Positions 1 through 9,669 of a DNA stretch of 64,000 bases are shown piece by piece. This DNA comes from a virus (taxonomy: Duplodnaviria > Caudoviricetes): the IMG/VR virus record IMGVR_UViG_3300037067_006298, positions 1 to 64,000 of that record; one strand, 5' to 3'. A program made the translations under genes and the position numbers. The notes under the pieces were generated by a model, which had not been told where the DNA came from, searched no databases, and saw only the letters and a program-made list of their open reading frames with translations. Each line of letters opens with the position of its first letter. The stretch's first letter is position 1.

Positions 1-109
1 TTCCAGAAGCTTTTTTATAAAACTCTTTAATTGCTTCTTCTTTATTTTCTGCCTGAACTGATATTGTTACTGTTCCGGCAAATGGCATTTGTACTGTATA
101 ATTTCTCAT
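1..109 (-). CDS. hypothetical protein, runs off the left window edge
   Basis: Manually translated MRNYTVQMPFAGTVTISVQAENKEEAIKEFYKKASG..., open to position 1; same strand as all neighbours. Confidence 0.5.
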   Translation of the reverse strand, partial: MRNYTVQMPFAGTVTISVQAENKEEAIKEFYKKASG

Positions 110-124
110 TGTGTAGTTATTTAA

Positions 125-352
125 TTACCAAATGGAATCTTCAATTTCCTTATTAGAGAATCCCATTTCTAATAATTCAGAATGTGTAATAAAATGATCT
201 TCTTCAATACAACCGCAATATTCACATTCTTTTTTAACTACCCAATTATCTCGTACATATTTCATAAAAGGATAGAAACTGATAGTTTTCCATTTGTGTT
301 CACCCCGATAATTTATACCGAGAAATTTCTTTGGATTTTTTGTACAACTCAT
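125..352 (-). CDS. hypothetical protein with CxxC
   Basis: 75 aa ORF in minus-strand gene run; CEYCGC. Confidence 0.6.
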   Translation of the reverse strand: MSCTKNPKKFLGINYRGEHKWKTISFYPFMKYVRDNWVVKKECEYCGCIEEDHFITHSELLEMGFSNKEIEDSIW

Positions 353-494
353 ATTTTTGTTATTTAATTACTGTTATTACTCAATTTTGTTCGATATAAG
401 CCGTCCACGCCTGTTAAAGCCTTTAAAAAACCACTTTTTAACCAAGTACGCAACCTAACTACGGGAATACTTAAAAAATTTACCCCCGTGCACT

Positions 495-713
495 CTAATC
501 AATTTTTATGTGTTCATTGTGGTCAGATACTTGGTCTACTAACATCTGATAGTTTTTGACAGTTGCATGAAGTCTATCGATATAATTAAATACATCAGCA
601 TAATTCTGTGATTCCTCTGCCTCACTAAACATTAGCATTAATTCTCTTGGTGTTTTTAGTTTCATGTTCATATAATGAATTAGTGTTATTCTTTCGCTTC
701 TGTAAATTTTCAA
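495..713 (-). CDS. hypothetical protein
   Basis: 72 aa ORF in gene run. Confidence 0.55.
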   Translation of the reverse strand: MKIYRSERITLIHYMNMKLKTPRELMLMFSEAEESQNYADVFNYIDRLHATVKNYQMLVDQVSDHNEHIKID

Positions 714-785
714 ATCCTACCAGTGTTCATTACATTACTCAATTTTTATAGTCGGATAAAACCGCCTGAATCTTAGTATAATTTA

Positions 786-1295
786 TTATGCCAACAGGTT
801 TTGTTTTTTGAATAAAGCATACTGTATCTTCATTTCCTCAACCCTTTGATACCACAAATCAAATTGCCATGTAGGATGATTCGCTCGGTCGATACTCGTT
901 CCCTGATCTGCAACATGATGAAATTCTGGAAATACTATATCAATGTCCTTTGGATTCAACTTAAAGTATGTGTATTTTCCTTTAGGTAATACGTGTGCGA
1001 AACATGAGATCCACATCTCAGTATTATAGAAGCGATTCAACTTTTCTCCGGTGTATTTGCAGAATACCTCTCCTTTCTCGTTCTGTGCGTCCTGCCAGAG
1101 CCAATTGAATAGGTCTATCTGAGACTCGAATCCGAAGTCATAGTGGCTTATTCGTTCTCTTTTGGAGTGTACAGCGATTTTCTTGGGCTTCTTGTCGGTT
1201 CTCTTTCCCTGATGTGACTTACAATACCCGATCTTTGTATTCCTATCGGTTCCCCATACAGGTTGAACGCAATTATCAACTGCACAAGTTCTCAT
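786..1295 (-). CDS. NinG/HNH-like nuclease-family protein
   Basis: N-terminal C-x4-C...C-x2-H zinc motif; AHVLPKGKY..FKLNPKDIDIV..EFHH resembles the NinG/HNH core. Confidence 0.45.
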   Translation of the reverse strand: MRTCAVDNCVQPVWGTDRNTKIGYCKSHQGKRTDKKPKKIAVHSKRERISHYDFGFESQIDLFNWLWQDAQNEKGEVFCKYTGEKLNRFYNTEMWISCFAHVLPKGKYTYFKLNPKDIDIVFPEFHHVADQGTSIDRANHPTWQFDLWYQRVEEMKIQYALFKKQNLLA

Positions 1296-1483
1296 TTTAC
1301 GGAATTTTTATTTCTACTCCCAAAAAATATTGAATCTGCTAACTTTCTGGAAAAATCTCTCTGATAGCGTATTTTTAATTTATCATAATCATTCCCATCA
1401 AGAAGACAATCTATGTCTCTATATAAATCTATTACCTGACTCTTAAGATGCTCAATTCTTGTTTTTATTTTTTTCTTTTTCAT
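1292..1483 (-). CDS. hypothetical protein
   Basis: 63 aa; 4-nt overlaps with both neighbours. Confidence 0.6.
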   Translation of the reverse strand: MKKKKIKTRIEHLKSQVIDLYRDIDCLLDGNDYDKLKIRYQRDFSRKLADSIFFGSRNKNSVK

Positions 1484-1821
1484 ATTTCTTTTCTTAATGC
1501 GTACACGATCTCAGCAATCAAATTACCTGCTCCAAGAGCACCAAACACACCTATAAAGACACACCAGAAAGATGGATGATAAGTTATGACATACCATAAC
1601 TCCAATAGAAAAGTTATCCAGGGAGCAATACAAAACACGCAACAAAGGAACTTACTCAAGACACTTCCCGTCTCTATTGCGATTAGTTTGCTGTTATCTC
1701 GTTTCTCCAACCACTTGCACACGAAGGAGAAAATCATCCCCGGTCTTATTATCCTGGTCCAGAAGCAACTTATTGTGCCTCCTATCATCCCGAGTAGTGC
1801 CATAAAGAGTATATCTTTCAT
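1480..1821 (-). CDS. small membrane protein, DUF1360-like
   Basis: Hydrophobic helices with FLCCVFCIAPW (C-x2-C-x3-W) motif. Confidence 0.5.
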   Translation of the reverse strand: MKDILFMALLGMIGGTISCFWTRIIRPGMIFSFVCKWLEKRDNSKLIAIETGSVLSKFLCCVFCIAPWITFLLELWYVITYHPSFWCVFIGVFGALGAGNLIAEIVYALRKEI

Positions 1822-1884
1822 TTTTCTGTATAGATTAAGTTATTACTATTGTTTCTCAAAGGTCGCACTCTTAACTGACAAAAA

Positions 1885-1892
1885 CAAATATA
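1885..1892 (-). promoter_or_regulatory. Bacteroidota -7 promoter box TATATTTG
   Basis: TAnnTTTG on minus strand in AT-rich intergenic DNA ~65 nt upstream of the 1821 start; no clear -33 box. Confidence 0.4.
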
Positions 1893-1932
1893 TTATTATA
1901 TTTTTTTAATAAATATGTTTTATTTATGGCAT

Positions 1933-2004
1933 AAAAAAAGAGACAGTCACCATCTCGGTTATGTCTCCCTTTTATTTCTAACAGTAATGCAAGAAGTGTT
2001 ACTG
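1933..2004 (-). ncRNA. candidate ~70-nt small RNA (5' hairpin + intrinsic terminator)
   Basis: Starts just after promoter 2005-2035; CAGTAA/TTACTG hairpin; GAGACA...TGTCTC stem followed by T7. Confidence 0.35.
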
Positions 2005-2035
2005 CAAAGATACAAGTTAATTTTTATTCAGCAAT
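2005..2035 (-). promoter_or_regulatory. Bacteroidota sigma70-type promoter
   Basis: TTG-N19-TATCTTTG on minus strand. Confidence 0.5.
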
Positions 2036-3678
2036 TCATTTATGATTTTTACCGTGCCAAATTTTGCTATTGCTTCACGATCTGGGAACGCAGCAAGTAA
2101 TCCCATTGGACCCGCAATTTCAAGATATCTGGGATTATTGATAGGAGGTTTCACGGATGCCAACAAATTGAAAAGTGCTTTCATTGTCGCAAATTCCCTA
2201 CTATCTCCCTTGTCAAACTCAGGGATGGTTAATCCGTACTTGTTCCCTATCTCTGCCTTCGGGGTGTCTGCGGTAAGAATATCCTGATTCTTTGCGATAG
2301 GTGTTCCTGTTGATTTTTGTTGATCAAAATCCTTATTTAGAGGTATTTCTCCCTTTGTTGTATCTACTGGAGGCTCTGTGCTTACTGATGATTTGGCTGC
2401 GTCATCTTCTTTTTCCTTTATAGCCTTCAGATATGGAGCAACATGCTTGTCAAGTTCCTTGTTCTGATGAGCAAAAATTATTTCACGTAATTTTTTATTG
2501 GTGTTCTTTCCTCCAATCGTCTCGGCAGCTTCCATCATGTCCATATCTTCCATGACCATCTTTAGAAGTACAGGGGTGTCAATCTTCTCCATCTGTTCCA
2601 AGGTTAACTGTCCGGGGATTAATGTTTCCTGTAATGCCTGTTGTTCGCTCTGTGACTCTTTTGGTTTTGCAGCATTAATCTCATCCATGTTAGTAATGGC
2701 ATTGGTCTGTGAATCTCTGATTACCTTTACTCCATACATGGCTTCACTCGATGCCCTGATGGTTGTAAAAGAGGATTCATTACCTTGCTCTGTATGTGGT
2801 TTCATTGGAATTAGTTTCATCTCAGGATGATCTTTCATTAACCTTGCTACTGCATCATTATATCGAATAATAAAAGAATCACTATCTTCATTTTCAAGTT
2901 TTACAGGAAGGGTCATGCGTAGTTTTTCTAAATCTGTTTCTGTTAACACAATTACCGCCTCTGTGATGGTTGAACTTACTGCACCAAACTTATTGTCAGG
3001 GATTTTGTCTGCAACACGATCAGTCATCTTTGCTGACTTTTGTTTTGAGCCTCCCTGAATATTTATCTTTACTCCATCCTCTTTTTCAATGGTGGTATCT
3101 CCAAGTCCGGGTATCACATCAAAGTCACCCAACTCCTCAACGGTCTTCATTCCCTTCATTATGTCACCATAATAGTCGCCTGCATGGAATCCTACGTTTC
3201 TCCACATGATCATACGTTTGCCGTAACGCTGATAGATGTCCTTCGTAAATAACCCTGCTTTCTTCGCATCGAGTACTGAAAATTCAGAACGGAACTCACC
3301 AGGTAGTCCTTTTCTCTTGCTGATGATGATATGCTTATAGTTGTCATTAGGGTATTCTCCCTCGGTGATTTCTTCCCACTTATCAAGCACTCCACTACTG
3401 AAGATCACTGCCCTTGCTGCACTTCCCATAATGCCAATTCTCCCCTTTACAGGATAGATGTCGCTCAATGACTGCATCCATGTCAGTCCGAGTTTATTCC
3501 CTGCCTCGATACACATTATTGCTCCTACCGCATCTTGGGATTGTTTGAAATGCTCTGGACAGAAACCAGACTTGATAATCACCATGCCGACTTCTTTTAC
3601 CTTTTCAAGGCCGTCAGCATTCTCAATAAGCCGTTCAATAAATGACTGTTTTTCTCTTTTTACTAATTCGTTTTCCAT
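2017..3678 (-). CDS. RecT-like single-strand annealing protein with long C-terminal extension
   Basis: N-terminal ~190 aa (AGNKLGLTWMQSLSDIYPVKGR...FSVLDAKKAGLF...RMIMWR) resembles phage RecT-like recombinases; same module as YqaJ exonuclease. Confidence 0.6.
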   Translation of the reverse strand: MENELVKREKQSFIERLIENADGLEKVKEVGMVIIKSGFCPEHFKQSQDAVGAIMCIEAGNKLGLTWMQSLSDIYPVKGRIGIMGSAARAVIFSSGVLDKWEEITEGEYPNDNYKHIIISKRKGLPGEFRSEFSVLDAKKAGLFTKDIYQRYGKRMIMWRNVGFHAGDYYGDIMKGMKTVEELGDFDVIPGLGDTTIEKEDGVKINIQGGSKQKSAKMTDRVADKIPDNKFGAVSSTITEAVIVLTETDLEKLRMTLPVKLENEDSDSFIIRYNDAVARLMKDHPEMKLIPMKPHTEQGNESSFTTIRASSEAMYGVKVIRDSQTNAITNMDEINAAKPKESQSEQQALQETLIPGQLTLEQMEKIDTPVLLKMVMEDMDMMEAAETIGGKNTNKKLREIIFAHQNKELDKHVAPYLKAIKEKEDDAAKSSVSTEPPVDTTKGEIPLNKDFDQQKSTGTPIAKNQDILTADTPKAEIGNKYGLTIPEFDKGDSREFATMKALFNLLASVKPPINNPRYLEIAGPMGLLAAFPDREAIAKFGTVKIINELLNKN

Positions 3679-3694
3679 TGTCTGTAATTTTAAA

Positions 3695-4279
3695 TTATAG
3701 TTTGTAATTGTATTGTTGACTGTTACTTACCCACGATCTCCGTTGTGGTTCAATCCACTCTTTCCCAATAAATTCAAAAAATTTTTCTTCCGTATCAAAT
3801 ACTGGAGGCAATGTCGGGGCAATCTTATATTCCGGTTTTATTCTCCATGTGTTTCCTTTGTGGTCACACTCTCTTTTAAGCCTTAATCCATCTGTGGTTC
3901 CCGCATAGCCCCTTCTATTCCATTGCATTGCTAATCCATGAGAATACGCAGATGATCCTGTGACTATGGCAAGGATACGTCCATAATCCGCAATTGTTGT
4001 TATATGCAATTCGATCTGAATACCGGATTCGGGATATTTAAAGCGTTTTAAACGACTCCCGTTCATCACCATCCCTTTATATCCTTCAGGGAATGCTTTT
4101 GTCATAGAGAACTCATCATAAGCCACACAGACAATATCTATGTCACCTACGTAATCTACTTCTCTTCTTACTGAACCTGCAATGGCAATGCGAGAACAAT
4201 AGGGGAGAAGATATTTACTAAATCTCCATGCCACGCTACGGGCTACTGCCAAAGGAATCTTGTTCTCTGTTGTGCTCAT
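3695..4279 (-). CDS. polX: minimal DNA polymerase X family nucleotidyltransferase
   Basis: IAGSVRR..VGDIDIV motif, TGS, C-terminal TEEKFFEFIGKEWIEPQRR thumb; 194 aa. Confidence 0.75.
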   Translation of the reverse strand: MSTTENKIPLAVARSVAWRFSKYLLPYCSRIAIAGSVRREVDYVGDIDIVCVAYDEFSMTKAFPEGYKGMVMNGSRLKRFKYPESGIQIELHITTIADYGRILAIVTGSSAYSHGLAMQWNRRGYAGTTDGLRLKRECDHKGNTWRIKPEYKIAPTLPPVFDTEEKFFEFIGKEWIEPQRRSWVSNSQQYNYKL

Positions 4280-4608
4280 TTCAGTTCAAAGTTTTTGATT
4301 AACCATTGTAGTCCGGGTTTGATCCACTTATTCTTACTGCGAATAAGGATTTTATTTGCTTTCGGATAGAAGTCAATTACCCCAAATTGTCCATTATTGA
4401 TTACGATTTTATCTTTTAAATCAATAATAGTTACCATTGCCTTCTTTTCAAGTAACGGAAGATATTTCTCAATGAATCGCTCCATACGTTCCTCTCTCAT
4501 TATCTTATTCGCTACACCAAGATATTTGATATCGCTATCAATGCCTCCTGCTTCTATGCGAAGTTCCTCTGACTTTTTCATTTCTGCGGATTTAATCGTG
4601 GCATCCAA
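4276..4608 (-). CDS. hypothetical protein
   Basis: 110 aa; overlaps neighbours in gene run. Confidence 0.6.
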   Translation of the reverse strand: MDATIKSAEMKKSEELRIEAGGIDSDIKYLGVANKIMREERMERFIEKYLPLLEKKAMVTIIDLKDKIVINNGQFGVIDFYPKANKILIRSKNKWIKPGLQWLIKNFELK

Positions 4609-4988
4609 TTTTTATTATACTCCCAAGTGCGATTTAAAGCACCGTAGGCTCCTTTTCTGCTTTTTGAGTACATACACTTAATCAGACGTCCTTCTTTTGT
4701 CAGATCGCTTATAGAACGTCTTACAGAGGTAAAAAGCATCATGGATTCACTTATCTGATCGAAGACTTCATAAGGCGTGTAATTGTTATTCGGGTGTCCT
4801 TTGAAGAAATTAAGAACAATCTCTTTCTGCTTTACTGCCTTTTCCCGTGCCTGTGGAAGTTGTTCATCTGGCAAAGGAACGGTATTATGAAAAACAATCT
4901 CTCTATCTATTTCTTGATTCATCCGAAATAGATTGTCCATTTGTTCCTCATCCTGATCGTGGAATACAAGTTCTAATTCTCCTGACAT
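4578..4988 (-). CDS. hypothetical protein, possible winged-helix
   Basis: YTPYEV...SVRRSISDLTKEGRLIK resembles wHTH. Confidence 0.5.
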   Translation of the reverse strand: MSGELELVFHDQDEEQMDNLFRMNQEIDREIVFHNTVPLPDEQLPQAREKAVKQKEIVLNFFKGHPNNNYTPYEVFDQISESMMLFTSVRRSISDLTKEGRLIKCMYSKSRKGAYGALNRTWEYNKNWMPRLNPQK

Positions 4989-5269
4989 AATAATTTTTCT
5001 TTAGGTACAATTGAATAAATGGTATCTATTGAGATTACTATATTATTTAATCTCACTTCTTTAATATCGGTATAAAGTTCAAAATCACGAGAATTATAGG
5101 TTTCCTTTTCTTTTTCTGCCGATGTAATTATGGCTCCAAACGAGAGTCCTGCTATTAAAATAAGATAAGTGCCAAGAAGATGCCTGCCTTTTGGTTTTTC
5201 TTTATAAAATAGAAGGATTATACCAAAAACAACCAAAACTAACGCAACCAAGATCGCTAAAGTATTCAT
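4973..5269 (-). CDS. small membrane protein
   Basis: Two N-terminal hydrophobic helices. Confidence 0.6.
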   Translation of the reverse strand: MNTLAILVALVLVVFGIILLFYKEKPKGRHLLGTYLILIAGLSFGAIITSAEKEKETYNSRDFELYTDIKEVRLNNIVISIDTIYSIVPKEKLLCQEN

Positions 5270-5281
5270 TGTTTTATCCTC

Positions 5282-5581
5282 CTACCCTTTAATACAGTTT
5301 ATTCCAATGTTCTCTGCAAACCATCTTGGTTCTCCTTCTCCTTTTCCCCTGTTTCCTCCAAGTTGATATTGCACATTAACCCAATCACCCTCTTTTATCT
5401 CTTTTAAGCAATCCATCCTTGAATTACTGAAGGTAAAGGGTGTCTCTTGCCTTCTTTCTCCCAAAAATGTTTCAATTACCAATGTTCTCTTGGTGAATTT
5501 GTCTGAAATTTGTTTCGGAGGAGTTACTGTTACTACTCGTCCGTCAATGTCGTGATTATTGTTCTGTACGTTGTGTGCCAT
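5282..5581 (-). CDS. DUF3127 family OB-fold protein (SSB-like)
   Basis: GRV..V.P.KQISDKFTKR.LVIE...F.F...D.L..I.EGD.V.V...L.G...WF pattern typical of Bacteroidota DUF3127. Confidence 0.75.
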   Translation of the reverse strand: MAHNVQNNNHDIDGRVVTVTPPKQISDKFTKRTLVIETFLGERRQETPFTFSNSRMDCLKEIKEGDWVNVQYQLGGNRGKGEGEPRWFAENIGINCIKG

Positions 5582-5598
5582 GATTTTAGTTTTAGTGA

Positions 5599-6561
5599 TT
5601 ATTTTCTTAGAATATGAATTGCTTCATTGAGTTTTTCCTGAGCCTTATTGAATATCTCCGTTGCTTCTTTCGACTTTAATCCAGGCCATTCTACTTTTTC
5701 AAGTGATGTGGCATAGTTAAATAACTTTTCTTCGTCCGATACTTCAGATTTATTCCCTTTAACAACATCGCGCATGTTTTTCCCCAGAGCATTACTATAC
5801 GCAACGGCTCCTGAAAAAGATGAAGCAATACAAAGTTCGGGGATAACTGCACTTTTAAATTCTGAACAAATCTTATCCCATTGCTCTTGTGTCATATCTG
5901 CAATCTCATCCTCTGAGTAATGAATATCTCCTTTGACAAATTCTTTTCGTCCATTAGTAGATCGCATTGATACGGCTACTGCATACAGGATATTTGTTCT
6001 TTCTGTAAGACGGTTTAGCCTTGCAGTCTTATTAGCATCATCAATATCTCTTTGCATTTTTGCGAGTTTTCTTGTCTGTGCATCAGATATTGTTAACTGC
6101 CATTGAGTATCATCATAACTCATAATAATCTCATCAGTCATGGTGTCAAAATTACAGATGAAACCATCCAAACCTTTTACCTGTTCTTTTCTTCCCGGGA
6201 GTTTCAGCAACTTCTCTGCCCTGATCTTAATTGCCTCTTTCTCCGCATCAATGGAATCCTCCTGTTTTTTAAGGTACTGCTCAATCTCGCTGATCTGTGC
6301 CACGACCTCTTTCTCCTTAGCAATCCAATCCTTTTGAATTTTAACCGCATCCTCCCTGCCTTTCTTGCATATCTTCTCCGTGAGTGTCCGGTGATCCCTA
6401 CACACGATCCTTGCATCATGTACCTTCTTGTATCCCGCCTTATCCTCAATGCCATTAATTTTAAGAGGCAAGTAATCTGTTTTTAGTTTTGCAATAACAG
6501 CCTCCGTTACATTCTGTTTTGCAAGTTCTGTCGTGATAATGTTCTCTGCTTTATCTTTCAT
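5599..6561 (-). CDS. hypothetical coiled-coil protein
   Basis: 320 aa, helical, in recombination module. Confidence 0.65.
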   Translation of the reverse strand: MKDKAENIITTELAKQNVTEAVIAKLKTDYLPLKINGIEDKAGYKKVHDARIVCRDHRTLTEKICKKGREDAVKIQKDWIAKEKEVVAQISEIEQYLKKQEDSIDAEKEAIKIRAEKLLKLPGRKEQVKGLDGFICNFDTMTDEIIMSYDDTQWQLTISDAQTRKLAKMQRDIDDANKTARLNRLTERTNILYAVAVSMRSTNGRKEFVKGDIHYSEDEIADMTQEQWDKICSEFKSAVIPELCIASSFSGAVAYSNALGKNMRDVVKGNKSEVSDEEKLFNYATSLEKVEWPGLKSKEATEIFNKAQEKLNEAIHILRK

Positions 6562-6573
6562 GTTTATATGGAT

Positions 6574-6807
6574 TTATCTAATTTTCACATACCGATATTT
6601 ACCTTTTACATTTCTCCACATATATGAGCCAATTGCAGGAGATGTTAATAATTGATCGTATATTATTTTTGGAACATCCAAGTAATAATATAGACTACCA
6701 TTAATCATTTCAACTGCAAGAATGCCATACTCGGAACTAAATCCAATTGCAGCAACGTTACTGCTTTTGACTGGCACTGTCTGTACGCTGATTTCGTCTA
6801 TTTGCAT
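6574..6807 (-). CDS. KTSC domain protein
   Basis: VKSSNVAAIGF...LAVEMINGSLYYY.DVP..Y..L..S..IGSYM..NVKGKY. Confidence 0.9.
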   Translation of the reverse strand: MQIDEISVQTVPVKSSNVAAIGFSSEYGILAVEMINGSLYYYLDVPKIIYDQLLTSPAIGSYMWRNVKGKYRYVKIR

Positions 6808-6812
6808 ATTAT

Positions 6813-7325
6813 TTAGTTTAAATCAATTTGTTTTCCTTTATTCCATGCCTTATTGTCCCCAATTTCCTTACTGATAATCTTTGACGAATCAATTTTTGGA
6901 AATTTATCTTCATCGTGTTCATGTTCAAAAACATTCCCTAAATCTCTCTTGTCAACTAAGTCACCACACTTTGCACAGATGAAAAAATGTTCTCTATTTT
7001 TATCAAAATCAACAATCCATTTGGCTGCATCAGAATTAGGATAATGTTTAACTATTGCATCACATAATTCACAAATACAATCCTCAATATCCTTGTTTGA
7101 ACCTCTTGCGATCCAATCCTTTTCTAAAGGCGCATCTTCTCTTCTTATCTTACTTTCTTCTGATTCGCAAATAATTCCAGTCGGGTCGTTTATAAAATCA
7201 TCTATCCAAATCCGAGGATAAATATTATTTTGAAGAGACCAATTGTATCCATGATCATACATCCATTCGATTCTGCATGGAATCTCGCTTTCATAAATCT
7301 TTTTGAAAATAGTTTTGAATAACAT
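6813..7325 (-). CDS. hypothetical protein
   Basis: ORF track 6813-7400; downstream ATG (MLFKTIF) at 7325 avoids overlap with rusA; C-terminal CAKC..HEH. Confidence 0.55.
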   Translation of the reverse strand: MLFKTIFKKIYESEIPCRIEWMYDHGYNWSLQNNIYPRIWIDDFINDPTGIICESEESKIRREDAPLEKDWIARGSNKDIEDCICELCDAIVKHYPNSDAAKWIVDFDKNREHFFICAKCGDLVDKRDLGNVFEHEHDEDKFPKIDSSKIISKEIGDNKAWNKGKQIDLN

Positions 7326-7330
7326 GTTAT

Positions 7331-7762
7331 TTATAGTGTTTGAATTAAAATATAAGTTCTTGGTGACTCTGAATAAAGTTTCTCTGAGAGTAACCGGCAT
7401 ATCTGACAGTCATCTTTATAAAAAACATGATTCATAGAATCGGTTGCGAATTTTACGCAGTTATCCAAATCTTTGCGGGAAGTATGAAACTCTGGCGCAT
7501 TATCTTTCAATACATCTTTCTTCTTTCCTGATCCGTAATGTCCCTGTGGTCTGCCAAAATAAAAGATGATTGTAATTCCTATTGGCCCAAGCAAAGGTTC
7601 TTTCGGTGCTTTCTCTTGTATCACGGAAAGAAAGTCATTCTTCTTGTCCTTTGAAGGATCGTAAGTACCTTTGAAAGTTCCTCTACTGAAACTCCTGTGT
7701 CTCATCTGAGCACTTGGTTCACCTAATACTTGAAATTCTATCTGCATATCTTTATTTTTCAA
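7331..7762 (-). CDS. rusA: RusA family Holliday junction resolvase
   Basis: G.P....R.R, KDLDNCVK, DS....Y.DDCQI catalytic Asp motifs. Confidence 0.85.
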   Translation of the reverse strand: MKNKDMQIEFQVLGEPSAQMRHRSFSRGTFKGTYDPSKDKKNDFLSVIQEKAPKEPLLGPIGITIIFYFGRPQGHYGSGKKKDVLKDNAPEFHTSRKDLDNCVKFATDSMNHVFYKDDCQICRLLSEKLYSESPRTYILIQTL

Positions 7763-7973
7763 TTTTGGTTCCTATGATACGTACTTGCGAAGGTTCAAAC
7801 AACTCCAACTGACCAGTCTTTACGTTTTGGCAAATACATACCGTGTAGCTCACCCCTACTTCTCCAATTATGGTGTAGCACAACCCAAAATGAAGCAAGT
7901 AGTATTTGTCCTTTACCGTTACTGGTTCTTCTCCTTCTCTATCTATCCATGTGACTTCACAAAGGTCTTTCAT
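7752..7973 (-). CDS. hypothetical protein
   Basis: 73 aa, overlapping neighbours. Confidence 0.6.
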   Translation of the reverse strand: MKDLCEVTWIDREGEEPVTVKDKYYLLHFGLCYTIIGEVGVSYTVCICQNVKTGQLELFEPSQVRIIGTKIEK

Positions 7974-8233
7974 AATATTTTTATTTCGTATTCGAGTGTC
8001 GGGTCTTCTGCAACCATCTTTAACTTCTCGTAAAGGTCATTGTCAATGAGTTCTTTCACCAACATACCATGAAGAAATTCCGTCCCGTGCATCATCCTGG
8101 TCAAACTGCCTTCTCTCTCTTTATGAGGGAAATTAAGCCATCTTGCATAACTGATGGTTCGGTCAATTACTTCGACAATAACCTCTTTAAAGTGATTCCT
8201 TATTTGTTTGTCCGTTATCTGTATTGTCTCCAT
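7970..8233 (-). CDS. hypothetical protein
   Basis: 87 aa, overlapping neighbours. Confidence 0.55.
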   Translation of the reverse strand: METIQITDKQIRNHFKEVIVEVIDRTISYARWLNFPHKEREGSLTRMMHGTEFLHGMLVKELIDNDLYEKLKMVAEDPTLEYEIKIL

Positions 8234-8561
8234 CTGTTGCGTATCTGAAGTAATGTCCGTTTCTCATCCTTTTAAACTTCCCTGATAATGTACTGTATAT
8301 TGTTTTTCTTGGTATTTCCAGTTTGTTCGCTGCTTCTTCAATAGAATCAAAATCATCCAACTTCTTATCATCCCTGTCATAGTAATCAATCTTTCTTGCC
8401 GTTCCCTGTCTGTTCTTCTTATTTTCTTCTCTCTGATATTCCCATCCTGCTGTCCATACTCCCTGTAATATAAGTTGTGTCTGGTTACTATCTTCCTCTT
8501 TTATTATGTTCTTGAACCTTAATTCACGTAATGCACTATTTACTGTTTCGTCTTGATCCAT
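8187..8561 (-). CDS. NUMOD1-like HTH DNA-binding protein
   Basis: C-terminal IDYYD.D.K.L..FDSIEEAANKL.I.R.TI...L.GK.K...G..FRY. Confidence 0.55.
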   Translation of the reverse strand: MDQDETVNSALRELRFKNIIKEEDSNQTQLILQGVWTAGWEYQREENKKNRQGTARKIDYYDRDDKKLDDFDSIEEAANKLEIPRKTIYSTLSGKFKRMRNGHYFRYATDGDNTDNGQTNKESL

Positions 8562-8562
8562 G

Positions 8563-9669
8563 TTAATAACATTCGAGATCCAGTTTTTTAAACTCTGTCA
8601 GTAATTGGTCTTCGGTTGGTTTCTCTTTGATTTTATTTGAAGGAACCCGATTCTTTGAACCTTTCCTTTCACCCCATGAAAAACTACCAAGTCTCCCGAA
8701 ATCTATTGCCTCTGCTCCATTTAAGGTTAATGCCTTGATAAGAACATTAGCAATACCTGTGCGTTCATCGTCAATGAGATTCTTAACCCCAAGGAGAACC
8801 TTGTCTTTTTTACAAAGATTATAATACTCCATTGTACCTTCGATGGTTTCCCGTTCTTGTAAGTATTTTTTATTAAGAAACTCTTGATATGATTTTGTTT
8901 TATCAGGATCGGGTTCCAATTGCTGAATAATCGCATCTTGTTTTTCCACCTCGTTTATATTCCCTTGCCTCTCTGCTTCTTGTCGTTTTGCAAATGCCTC
9001 TTTCGCCGGCAATATTTTGTTATACCAAAATGCCTCTGTGATGTCAATAATCTTTTTACATAAACCATCGTCCCTTTGAATCTTCTCTACTCGTAGTTTA
9101 TTCCCATCCTCAAGTATCGCTATCTCTGCATAATCAGACTCAATGATTGCCATATATTGATGTATCTGCATTAGGTAATACACAGGCATCCCGTCTTCCC
9201 ATTTTAGAGCAACCCATTGATTCATGGTCTTGCATTCTAAAACTCCTTCTGTCTTTAATGGTTCGCCAGTAATAAGATTACGTCCTCCCTTTATATTCAT
9301 AACTCTATCAAGTGATGCAAATAACCACGGATACTTTGGATTGACGATATATCCATTTATGTTTCTGCATTCCCGAATGATCTTATTATCTTTGTAATTC
9401 TGAATATAACCATCTTTAGTTCCGTTCCAAAAAGTCCACATCTTTGCGATATTATCTTCATGTATCCTTCCCCAAAACATGGATTCATTATCTTCCTTAC
9501 GAGGCTCAATAGTACCGATTTTTTCATGAAAAATCCATATTGCAGAATCGTAGTCAGGATTAGGTAATAATAAATTCCCAACCTCCGATCCACCTATTCC
9601 ATTCTTACGGAAATCGTACCAATCTTTCGTTCCATAAGGTATGTATGTTATTATTAAATCACTTCTCAT
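8563..9669 (-). CDS. YqaJ/lambda-exonuclease family recombinase exonuclease
   Basis: W..FRK.GIGGSEVG, WGR.HED.IA, FASLDR, LECKT, Y..QI.QY motifs. Confidence 0.9.
   Translation of the reverse strand: MRSDLIITYIPYGTKDWYDFRKNGIGGSEVGNLLLPNPDYDSAIWIFHEKIGTIEPRKEDNESMFWGRIHEDNIAKMWTFWNGTKDGYIQNYKDNKIIRECRNINGYIVNPKYPWLFASLDRVMNIKGGRNLITGEPLKTEGVLECKTMNQWVALKWEDGMPVYYLMQIHQYMAIIESDYAEIAILEDGNKLRVEKIQRDDGLCKKIIDITEAFWYNKILPAKEAFAKRQEAERQGNINEVEKQDAIIQQLEPDPDKTKSYQEFLNKKYLQERETIEGTMEYYNLCKKDKVLLGVKNLIDDERTGIANVLIKALTLNGAEAIDFGRLGSFSWGERKGSKNRVPSNKIKEKPTEDQLLTEFKKLDLECY

Noticed and set aside
376-746. 13-bp repeat ATTACTCAATTTT at 376-388 and 734-746
   Set aside because: Only two AT-rich copies with no spacer periodicity; not a CRISPR or att site on current evidence
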